A model generated the notes under the pieces. That model was not told where the DNA came from, ran no database searches, and worked only from the letters and a program-made list of their open reading frames with translations. The translations under genes and the position numbers were made by a program. 56,188 nt of DNA, taken from IMG/VR virus record IMGVR_UViG_3300021962_000038; one strand, given 5' to 3'. Positions 48,437 through 56,188 of this stretch are shown here, one piece after another; the stretch's first letter is position 1; each line of letters starts with the position of its first letter. Origin of the DNA: an uncultured virus (IMG/VR IMGVR_UViG_3300021962_000038). Taxonomy: Duplodnaviria > Heunggongvirae > Uroviricota > Caudoviricetes.

Positions 48437-48454
48437 ACTTTTTTCAAAAATCCC

Positions 48455-48543
48455 CTTGAAAAAACACCTTTAGTCCATATATAATATAAATATAAGGTAG
48501 ATGCCATAATGGGTCTATCAAACTAACTTGCTTATTAAAGGAG
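48455..48543 (+). promoter_or_regulatory. hsp20 upstream region: RpoH-like promoter, late promoter, ROSE-like hairpins
   Basis: CTTGAA(48455)...CCATAT(48475); TATAAATA at 48485; CTTGCT-TATTAA-AGGAG pairing over the SD. Confidence 0.55.
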
Positions 48544-48549
48544 AAAACT

Positions 48550-48966
48550 ATGTCTATCTATGACGATATCTTTGGGAGAACATTCCCATTTGCAATAGGG
48601 TTCGACAGAACCTTTTCACTACTTGAGAGAGCAGCTGATGCTCCATCAATAAACTATCCACCTTACAACATCATCAAGGAAGATGACGAACATTTTCGCA
48701 TTGAACTTGCTGTTGCAGGTTTTGATAAATCAGAACTCAAAGTCTCGAAAGAGAAAAGTTATTTGATTGTCGAAGGTAAGAAGGAAGTAGATAGTGAGGA
48801 CAACTTCGTTCATAAAGGACTAGCCTCTAGGTCATTCAAAAGGACTTTCACACTTGCAGACGATGTAATCGTTACTGGTGGAGATCTTAAGAATGGTATT
48901 CTTATGATAAACCTAGAAAGGGTAGTACCTGAGGAAGATAAACCTCAACTTATCAAAATCAAATAA
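48550..48966 (+). CDS. hsp20: Small heat-shock protein Hsp20 (IbpA-like)
   Basis: NYPPYNI, IELAVAGF, HKGLASRSFKRTFTL, NGIL. Confidence 0.96.
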   Translation: MSIYDDIFGRTFPFAIGFDRTFSLLERAADAPSINYPPYNIIKEDDEHFRIELAVAGFDKSELKVSKEKSYLIVEGKKEVDSEDNFVHKGLASRSFKRTFTLADDVIVTGGDLKNGILMINLERVVPEEDKPQLIKIK

Positions 48967-48975
48967 AAAACCCTA

Positions 48976-49012
48976 TTTACAGGTGCCTCTATTTGTAATA
49001 TAATAGAGGTAC
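48976..49012 (+). promoter_or_regulatory. Sigma70-type promoter with inverted repeat around -10
   Basis: TTTACA-17-TATAAT(48999); GTGCCTCTATT/AATAGAGGTAC. Confidence 0.55.
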
Positions 49013-49034
49013 TATAATTATAGGAGTATACATT

Positions 49035-49532
49035 ATGTTAAATGTCGGTGATCAAGTACCCTCAGTGGTACTACCACATAGAGTGAATGGTGAGTGGAGT
49101 AGTATCAATACACATGAACAATTCGCAGGAAAAAGAGTGATCATCTTTGCACTGCCTGGGGCTTTCACACCCACATGTTCTAACTTTCAACTGCCAGGCT
49201 TTGAAGAAAAGTTTTCAGAGTTTGAGAGTAAAGGTATAGACGAGATTTATTGTTTATCTGTAAATGATTCTTTTGTGATGAACTCATGGTTTGAAGCACA
49301 AGGTATCAAAAATATTTTACCTTTACCTGATGGTAATGGAGAGTTTACTCACCTTATAGGTGCAGAAGTCAAAAAGGCAAACCTAGGATTTGGTTATAGG
49401 TCTTGGAGATATGCAATTGTTGTGTCCGATAATATTATTGAACAGATCTTTTTTGAAGAAGGTTTTGGTGATAATATTGAAACAGACCCCTACGAAGTTT
49501 CTTCACCTGAGAATGTGCTAAATAATCTGTAA
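49035..49532 (+). CDS. Peroxiredoxin (Prx5/redoxin)
   Basis: LPGAFTPTCS, SVNDSFVM, DGNGEF, RSWRY. Confidence 0.95.
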   Translation: MLNVGDQVPSVVLPHRVNGEWSSINTHEQFAGKRVIIFALPGAFTPTCSNFQLPGFEEKFSEFESKGIDEIYCLSVNDSFVMNSWFEAQGIKNILPLPDGNGEFTHLIGAEVKKANLGFGYRSWRYAIVVSDNIIEQIFFEEGFGDNIETDPYEVSSPENVLNNL

Positions 49533-50950
49533 TGGAATTATACGACATTCTAAAGCAACATGCGAACTCAAAGGGACTACCTATCATTGATGGTAGTCTC
49601 TTTGATAAGCTTACCGAAACATACGGTAGAGAAAAATTTAGAGAAGTACTTGCAGAGTACATAGAGAAAGAGAGACCTACATTTCCTCTAAAGGATATTT
49701 CATATACAAAAATGAAATCTACCTTTATCAAATTACGAGAGAGTGATACATGGAAGTTTGTTCACCCTGCCGATCAAATAGAAACTGAAGTATGTGAAAA
49801 GTATGATGACTATGCATTCCCCTATTCAACATTTGGTTTGGGTATGGTAAATGCACCATCGACTTATAACGATGCATCCGATTACTTTCATCAAGACTTG
49901 AGATTGAACTGTGATAGTTATGGACATAAATCACCTATCAATGCATTCAAGAACAGTACTAAACAACAACTACTTGCACCACTGGGTGCAATATGGAGAG
50001 GTGTCAATGACATTACCAAAGAAATCAGTACAGATATAGATGGTAATGAAGTAGTCAAACTGATGGGTGGTTCACTACAAGAAGACACTTACAGAATGGC
50101 ATTTAGATTGGGTGCCTATATTGCAACACAATTCAAACCAGTGGTTGCAAAATGTTTTTATGATATGACTAATGCAAAAACAGTATTAGACACTTCATGT
50201 GGTTGGGGTGATAGACTGTGTGGTTTCTTTGCATCAAAGAACACGGAAGAGTATTACGGTTGTGATCCAAACCCATATACCTTTGCACGATACAAATTAC
50301 AATGCATTGAGTATGAAAAGATACTCACTGGAAAAGAACCTACAATAGAGGAGTGGGATGATCACTTCATATCAATCGGTTCTAAAAAAGTAGTCATATA
50401 CAGATGTGGTGCAGAAGATTTAGATTATAAATCTCTACCACCTATCGATTGTTCATTCACTTCACCACCATATTTTTCAACAGAAGAATATAACAAAGGT
50501 GGAGAACATCAAGAAGATCAATCTTGGTTCAAGTTCAATGAATACGAAAAATGGAGAGACGAGTTCTTTTTACCAGTTTCTAGAAAGTGTTTTGAAAGTT
50601 TGTCAATGAACGGACACTTACTTATAAACATACTTGATCCTAAAGTCAAAGGTCGTAGATATCGTTCAGGTGATGAATTATGTACACTTCTCAAACCACA
50701 CTTCAAGGGTCAGATAGGAATGAGAATTATGCAGAGACCACAATCATCAGAAGCTTTTTTAGAGAAGTGGACAGATGTAAAAGGTACTGATGATGAACAA
50801 CAAGTTAGTAGTAAAGGTGGTATTGATCGAACTGCAATGCAGGATTTCATGAAAAAATTATACATGGAAAATGTTTGGTACTTTGCAAGAGAAGATGTGG
50901 ATTTATTTCTACCAACAAGACACAATACACTAGATGAATTTTTTGGATAA
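49532..50950 (+). CDS. SAM-dependent DNA amino-methyltransferase-like protein
   Basis: LDTSCGWGDR (motif I), FTSPPYF (motif IV). Confidence 0.8.
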   Translation: MELYDILKQHANSKGLPIIDGSLFDKLTETYGREKFREVLAEYIEKERPTFPLKDISYTKMKSTFIKLRESDTWKFVHPADQIETEVCEKYDDYAFPYSTFGLGMVNAPSTYNDASDYFHQDLRLNCDSYGHKSPINAFKNSTKQQLLAPLGAIWRGVNDITKEISTDIDGNEVVKLMGGSLQEDTYRMAFRLGAYIATQFKPVVAKCFYDMTNAKTVLDTSCGWGDRLCGFFASKNTEEYYGCDPNPYTFARYKLQCIEYEKILTGKEPTIEEWDDHFISIGSKKVVIYRCGAEDLDYKSLPPIDCSFTSPPYFSTEEYNKGGEHQEDQSWFKFNEYEKWRDEFFLPVSRKCFESLSMNGHLLINILDPKVKGRRYRSGDELCTLLKPHFKGQIGMRIMQRPQSSEAFLEKWTDVKGTDDEQQVSSKGGIDRTAMQDFMKKLYMENVWYFAREDVDLFLPTRHNTLDEFFG

Positions 50951-51770
50951 ACTTACCCCAGTCGAACAACACGGTTATATTTGGTATAAACGAGAGGATC
51001 TCTATGCACCCTATGGAGAAGATTGGATCACTGGTGGGAAGATTAGACAGTGTAGACACTTAGTAGAGAGTAATTTAGAATACATTAGAAACGAGTGTAA
51101 TAACACAATTGCAACAGCAGCCTCTATACACTCACCTCAAGCACCAATCGTTTCTAAAGTTGCAGAGGAGTTTGGTTGTAAATCAATCATAGGTTTTGGA
51201 AACTCTACAGTTGAGAAGGCAATCACTAGAAAGGGAATGTTGGAGTGTAAAGAACTAGGTTCTGAATTAGTAGTACTTAGTGAGACACAAGGGTTCAACA
51301 ATGTGTTGTATCCTAATCTAGAGAAACTAAGAAAAAAGAGACCGTTCTTTCCTATTCTGTTTGGATATGCAGCTACAAGTAACAGAGAGTCTATTATAAA
51401 TCAGATTGCAGATCAAGTGGAGAATGTAGACTGTGATGTCCTCTATGTTCCACTAGGAAGTGGTATCACCTTTGCAAGTATTTTAGAAGGTGTAAAAAAA
51501 TTCAATAAGAAATTTAAGGTTATCGGACTTCAACCTTTTGGATACGATAGAAGACCTGATGTGCATAAGTACCTTGCAGAACCACAATGGGATTATGATT
51601 ATAAATATTTTATGGGTAAATATCCCTATAACAAATTAGTATGGAAAAATGTAGGGTTTGAATTGGATGCAATATATGAGTCAAAGTCTCACCTAATGAT
51701 GGAAGAAATGATTGATATAGATAAAAAGAATTGTTTTTGGGTTATTGGAAACTCTAATTTTATAAGATGA
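50934..51770 (+). CDS. PLP-dependent enzyme (ACC deaminase/D-cysteine desulfhydrase-like)
   Basis: LTPVE, YKREDL, GGKIRQ, PLGSGIT, LDAIYESK. Confidence 0.8.
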   Translation: MNFLDKLTPVEQHGYIWYKREDLYAPYGEDWITGGKIRQCRHLVESNLEYIRNECNNTIATAASIHSPQAPIVSKVAEEFGCKSIIGFGNSTVEKAITRKGMLECKELGSELVVLSETQGFNNVLYPNLEKLRKKRPFFPILFGYAATSNRESIINQIADQVENVDCDVLYVPLGSGITFASILEGVKKFNKKFKVIGLQPFGYDRRPDVHKYLAEPQWDYDYKYFMGKYPYNKLVWKNVGFELDAIYESKSHLMMEEMIDIDKKNCFWVIGNSNFIR

Positions 51771-52090
51771 AACTATTTGAGAAAGGACTATATAGAGTAG
51801 TTGAAAATCCTTTAGTGAAGGATGCAGCTATAGAGTTATTAGAAGGAGAATGGAAAGGTCTAGTATATCAATACGGTAAGGTTCAGTTTGAAGATGGGAA
51901 ACCTAACATCAATTTTCAAAGGACAATTCGTAGACTACCAAATGATGTAGAAAAGACAGAAGAGGAGATCGAGAAACTCCTAAATAATAATAACTTACAA
52001 AGTCTCATGGGAGACATCCTAATAGAAATTTTACAGGAAGAAATTAAAAATGAACAAAGAATTACTGAAGGAACAAATAAAGAGACATGA
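51767..52090 (+). CDS. Hypothetical phage protein
   Basis: Coupled to neighbours; YQYGKVQF, MGDILIEI. Confidence 0.7.
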   Translation: MKLFEKGLYRVVENPLVKDAAIELLEGEWKGLVYQYGKVQFEDGKPNINFQRTIRRLPNDVEKTEEEIEKLLNNNNLQSLMGDILIEILQEEIKNEQRITEGTNKET

Positions 52091-52505
52091 AGGAGAGGTC
52101 TTAGAGATCTATAAAGACTCTCTAGGTTATCTAACATTTGGTGTAGGACACTTGGTTAGAGAAGGAGATCCTGAGTTTGGTGAACCTGAAGGAACACCTG
52201 TATCACAAGAAAGAGTTGATATGGTATACGATATTGACTTTGACAAACATGTAGACGAAACCTATCATGTATGTGAAGAACATAACATTGATTTTATGGA
52301 GTTACCTGAGAACATTCAACATGTATTAGTCAATATGTGTTTCAATCTAGGTGCAAACAGACTAGGTAAGTTTAGAAACATGTTGAAAGCATGTTCAGAA
52401 TCTAACTGGAAAGAAATGGCTGCTCAGATGGAAGACAGTAAATGGTTCGGTCAAGTTGGTCGTAGATCAGTAGAACTACAACAGATGGTACTAGATTGTG
52501 AGTAA
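52050..52505 (+). CDS. Phage lysozyme (T4 lysozyme-like)
   Basis: HEG...YKDSLGYLTFGVGH (E-D-T triad), NMCFNLG, SKWFGQVGRR. Confidence 0.9.
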   Translation: MNKELLKEQIKRHEGEVLEIYKDSLGYLTFGVGHLVREGDPEFGEPEGTPVSQERVDMVYDIDFDKHVDETYHVCEEHNIDFMELPENIQHVLVNMCFNLGANRLGKFRNMLKACSESNWKEMAAQMEDSKWFGQVGRRSVELQQMVLDCE

Positions 52506-52827
52506 TCCATTACCAGTTGTAAAGTGTGTCATTCTAAACTCAGGTGATATACTTATGGGTTTCTATGAGTTCAATGTAAAAACTCAGATGCATACTCTGT
52601 ACGATTGCAAACAATGTGTCAGTGAAATATCTGAAGGCAAAATGGAAGTTCTACTTGCAGATTTTATACCTTTTGCAAAAGAGTACAACTTCTCTTTCCA
52701 TGAAAGTAAAGTGATCACTATCTTTGATGCAAAACCTCAACTACAACAAAATTATAAAATCGCCACTGGAAACAATGCCATAGAAAGTAGAGTATTGTCA
52801 GGTGGTAAAGTGAGAGGACAGAAGTGA
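52498..52827 (+). CDS. Hypothetical protein
   Basis: GTG start overlapping the lysozyme stop; ILNSGDILMG. Confidence 0.6.
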   Translation: MSNPLPVVKCVILNSGDILMGFYEFNVKTQMHTLYDCKQCVSEISEGKMEVLLADFIPFAKEYNFSFHESKVITIFDAKPQLQQNYKIATGNNAIESRVLSGGKVRGQK

Positions 52828-53051
52828 GAAACGAAATAATCAAGTCATTGATTGCACATGCAGATGCACATATTCAAAAACATAAGATGAATGTTGAAAT
52901 TCATCTTTCAAATCCAGTAGGTGTTGCAGAACACCCTGATCATTTAGAAACAGTTGAGAAAGAACTAGAAAATATCGCTCATTACGAAGATATCAAAGAT
53001 GTTCTACTCAAACATTTTGAGAATCCACAACAAACTACATTGACAGAATAG
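52824..53051 (+). CDS. Hypothetical conserved phage protein
   Basis: NVEIHLSNPVGVAEHPD. Confidence 0.7.
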   Translation: MRNEIIKSLIAHADAHIQKHKMNVEIHLSNPVGVAEHPDHLETVEKELENIAHYEDIKDVLLKHFENPQQTTLTE

Positions 53052-53068
53052 ACACCATTTAGTATAAT
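53040..53068 (+). promoter_or_regulatory. Consensus sigma70 promoter for gp43
   Basis: TTGACA-17 nt-TATAAT; ATG 6 nt downstream. Confidence 0.85.
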
Positions 53069-53074
53069 AACTAC

Positions 53075-55588
53075 ATGGACTTCTATACAAATGTATCTCG
53101 AACACGAGACAAAATTCTTGTTGTCGGTTATAAAGGTAATCAAAAACAGAAGATCTCTGTATCATATAGACCCAAACATTTCATTCCATCTAAGAAAGGT
53201 GATACACCTTATCGTGCATTAGATGGTCGTCCACTTGAAGTTGTTGAACTCAACTCTATGGGTGGTGCAAGGAAGTTTAGAGAGAAGTATGACGGAGTAG
53301 AAGGATTTGAAATTCACGGTTATGACAGATACATCTACACTTATATCTCTGATAGATTTCAGGGGGATATAGAATACAATCCAAATCTTATTCGTGTTGC
53401 AACACTTGACATTGAGTGTGAGTGTGAGGATGGATTCCCTGATCCTCAAATTGCATCTGAACGAGTCAATGCAATCACACTCAAACCACACGGTAAACCT
53501 GCCCATGTATTTGGTATCGGGCCGTGGAACCACGAACACAATATCGTTTATCACAACTGCACCAACGAAGCAAACTTGTTGATGGAGTTCATCAAGTATT
53601 GGAGAACTGAGTCATTTGATATTATCACTGGTTGGAATGTAGATGCATTTGATATCACCTATCTTTGCAATCGTATCGACAAGATATTGGGAGAGGGTGA
53701 ACACAAGAAACTTTCACCATGGAACATGTCTGACTCTAGAGATTATGTTTCACAAGGTTATCAGAAGAACACTACTTACACTCTCTATGGAGTGAATGTA
53801 TTAGACTACCTAGATCTTTACCGTAAACATACCTTTGTCAACAGAGAGTCCTACAAACTAGATCATATTGCACATGTTGAACTTGGTAAAGGTAAACTAG
53901 ATTATTCAGAGTATGGTTCACTGCATACACTTTACAAACAGGACTACGGTAAATTCCTAGAGTATAACATCAAGGACACCACTCTTGTAGAAGAACTAGA
54001 GGAGAAACTTGGTTTGATTGAACTGACACTTGCAATGTCGTATAATGCAAAGTGTAATTATGCAGACACTTTCGGTATGGTAAAATACTGGGAGACTATC
54101 ATCTACAACTTCCTCAAAGATCAAGGTATCCAAACACCACCTCAAAGACTTAGAACTGGAAACGATAAGACTTCACGAATTGTTGGTGCGTATGTCAAAG
54201 AACCTCAGGTTGGTGGACATAACTGGGTCATGTCATTTGACTTGAACTCACTGTATCCACACTTGATTATGCAGTTCAACATTTCACCTGAGAAGATGGT
54301 GAGATCTGCAAAACAAGAAGTGTCGGTTGAACGATTACTTGCAAAGGCAGCTGATCTATCTTATATCAAACAACAGAACAACACTATCACACCTAATGGT
54401 GTTCTCTTCAAACGAGACAAACAAGGTATGTTACCTGAACTCATGGAGAAATTCTATGACGAGAGACGAGAGTGGAAAAGGAAGATGATTGAGTTTCAAA
54501 AGGAAAGAGAGAAGTGTACTGACACTAAACGGAAACGAGAACTCGATACCCTTATCAAGAGATCATACAACAACCAACAGGTTCGTAAGATTGCACTGAA
54601 CTCTGCTTATGGTGCTCTTGCAAATCAATACTTTGCATTCTTTTCCATTGACCTTGCAGAAGCAATCACTACCAGTGGTCAGTTAGTTATTCAGTGGGCA
54701 GAGAAAACCATCAACAACTATCTCAATGAAATACTCAAGACTGACGATGAAGATTATGTAATTGCAATGGACACTGACTCAGTGTATATCACTATGGATA
54801 AACTGGTTAGTCAGATATTTCCTGAGGATACACCACGAGAACAGATTATTGATTTCCTTGTAAAGGCCGAAAGTAAGATAGAGGCAGTTCTAAAAACTGG
54901 GTTTGAAGAACTTGCAGATTACACTAATGCATTTCAACAGAAGATGCAGATGGGTCGTGAGGTGATTGCAGATCGTGGTATTTGGACTGCAAAGAAACGA
55001 TACATTCTCAATGTATACGACAATGAAGGTGTCCGACTTGCAGAACCTAAACTCAAAATGATGGGTATCGAAACTGCAAAGTCATCTACACCTATGTGGG
55101 TTCGTAAGAAACTAGAAGCTGCACTCAAAGTGGTGATGACTGGAACGGAACAAGAACTATGGGAGTTCGTGGAGACTGCACGAAAAGAGTTTCGTAATCT
55201 ACCACCTGAGGAAGTTGCATTCCCACGAGGGGTCAAAGGACTTCAACAATACAAGGACACTACCACAATCTATTCAAAAGGAACGCCGATCCATGTAAGA
55301 GGATCACTACTATATAATCACTACCTCAAAGAGAAAAACTTGGATATGAGGTATGAGGTAATCAAGAACGGTGAGAAGATACTGTTTACTTATCTAACAA
55401 CACCTAATCCTATCAATGAGAATGTGATCTCATTTGTGAATGTATTACCACGAGAACTGGACTTGAAGAAATACATTGATTATGATATGCAATTTGACAA
55501 ATCATTCATTGAACCTCTGAAAGTAATTGTAAATCTGATCAACTGGAATGTAGAACCAGTTGCATCACTCGACTCATTTTTCGCATGA
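53075..55588 (+). CDS. gp43: Family B DNA polymerase gp43
   Basis: DIECE exo I, SFDLNSLYP, KIALNSAYG, DTDS, KKRY; C-terminal clamp-binding SLDSFF. Confidence 0.98.
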   Translation: MDFYTNVSRTRDKILVVGYKGNQKQKISVSYRPKHFIPSKKGDTPYRALDGRPLEVVELNSMGGARKFREKYDGVEGFEIHGYDRYIYTYISDRFQGDIEYNPNLIRVATLDIECECEDGFPDPQIASERVNAITLKPHGKPAHVFGIGPWNHEHNIVYHNCTNEANLLMEFIKYWRTESFDIITGWNVDAFDITYLCNRIDKILGEGEHKKLSPWNMSDSRDYVSQGYQKNTTYTLYGVNVLDYLDLYRKHTFVNRESYKLDHIAHVELGKGKLDYSEYGSLHTLYKQDYGKFLEYNIKDTTLVEELEEKLGLIELTLAMSYNAKCNYADTFGMVKYWETIIYNFLKDQGIQTPPQRLRTGNDKTSRIVGAYVKEPQVGGHNWVMSFDLNSLYPHLIMQFNISPEKMVRSAKQEVSVERLLAKAADLSYIKQQNNTITPNGVLFKRDKQGMLPELMEKFYDERREWKRKMIEFQKEREKCTDTKRKRELDTLIKRSYNNQQVRKIALNSAYGALANQYFAFFSIDLAEAITTSGQLVIQWAEKTINNYLNEILKTDDEDYVIAMDTDSVYITMDKLVSQIFPEDTPREQIIDFLVKAESKIEAVLKTGFEELADYTNAFQQKMQMGREVIADRGIWTAKKRYILNVYDNEGVRLAEPKLKMMGIETAKSSTPMWVRKKLEAALKVVMTGTEQELWEFVETARKEFRNLPPEEVAFPRGVKGLQQYKDTTTIYSKGTPIHVRGSLLYNHYLKEKNLDMRYEVIKNGEKILFTYLTTPNPINENVISFVNVLPRELDLKKYIDYDMQFDKSFIEPLKVIVNLINWNVEPVASLDSFFA

Positions 55589-55818
55589 CAAAAGAAGAAC
55601 TAATTGAACTAATAACCAATCTTCATCCTGAAGATACAAAGGGGGAACTAAGTGGAATTTTTATCGGAAGACATGGTGAGGTGGTTACCACCGATAGTAT
55701 CCGTATTGATATGGATGGGGGTCGAGTTATACTGGCTCAAAGAGGAAGTGGTGAAGCGGAGACAAATAAAAAGAACTGGCAGAAAGAACTAGAGTTCATA
55801 AGGAACAGAAATAAATGA
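55585..55818 (+). CDS. Hypothetical protein
   Basis: ATGA overlap with gp43. Confidence 0.65.
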   Translation: MTKEELIELITNLHPEDTKGELSGIFIGRHGEVVTTDSIRIDMDGGRVILAQRGSGEAETNKKNWQKELEFIRNRNK

Positions 55819-56045
55819 AAATAGTATTGATGATTTTTTTGATGTTTGATGGTGAGGTGCAAGATACTCAACCAGTGAAAGCATTTGATAACATAAAACA
55901 ATGTGAAAGTTTTATGAAAGGATTAGATTCATTTCAGAGTATGGATATCTACATGCAATACTACAGAGAAAACAGAGATACCATCACTAAACAACACAAA
56001 CTTACATTCAAATGTGTAAGCTTACCAGTGGAGAATTTTGCATGA
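55815..56045 (+). CDS. Hypothetical protein
   Basis: ATGA overlaps on both sides; hydrophobic N-terminus, two Cys. Confidence 0.6.
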   Translation: MKIVLMIFLMFDGEVQDTQPVKAFDNIKQCESFMKGLDSFQSMDIYMQYYRENRDTITKQHKLTFKCVSLPVENFA

Positions 56046-56188
56046 AACACATGATACGATGGATGAAGATCAATGCCTTCATCAACTTATACCTAGGAAT
56101 CATTCTCACAATGGTATTGATTGCACTTGTCGTTGACATTACACTAGACAGTTATTGGCACACCAACGATTTCAAAGAACTACTACTT
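56042..56188 (+). CDS. Hypothetical membrane protein, truncated by the window end
   Basis: ATGA overlap; MKHMIRWMKINAFINLYLGIILTMVLIALVVD... Confidence 0.55.
   Translation, partial: MKHMIRWMKINAFINLYLGIILTMVLIALVVDITLDSYWHTNDFKELLL

Noticed and set aside
686..55236. Minus-strand ORFs in the track
   Set aside because: All lie opposite well-supported + strand genes and show no recognisable motifs
13542..55588. Inteins, introns or homing endonucleases in gp17, gp20, gp23, uvsW, gp46 and gp43
   Set aside because: ORFs are continuous and of normal length; no LAGLIDADG, HNH or GIY-YIG motifs noticed

Overview
This is a 56 kb segment of an AT-rich T4-like (Tevenvirinae/Kyanoviridae-type) myovirus genome, with essentially all genes on the + strand. 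The host is probably a marine Gram-negative heterotroph (inference; no photosynthesis genes in the window). Gene order: tail-fibre genes; two Q/P/Y/A/N/T/R repeat proteins; a glycosyltransferase/2OG-Fe(II) oxygenase cluster; gp13-gp23 morphogenesis genes; gp3, uvsY, uvsW, gp55, gp47, gp46; peptide deformylase; a CobT/CobS-like pair; gp45, gp44, gp62, regA; a late operon csgF-csgG-curlin-like-FecR-curlin-like-CHASE2 adenylate cyclase; hsp20, peroxiredoxin, a DNA methyltransferase-like gene, a PLP enzyme, lysozyme and gp43. The top observation is that the repeat proteins at 3339-4202 and 4211-4942 are exact mirror images at the protein level. Each has 25 units totalling 208 aa, the unit-length order is reversed, and residues follow a complementarity rule (ANx faces xTY, Y faces V, Q faces S/T/N). 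This suggests a two-chain antiparallel 'protein duplex' fibre, encoded beside candidate modifying enzymes. Other highlights are the curli-pore/FecR/cyclase module, a probable overprinted secreted gene inside the cyclase, a three-hairpin RNA before gp44, a ROSE-like thermometer before hsp20, and apparent GGWCC avoidance. All calls come from reading motifs by eye; no searches were run.
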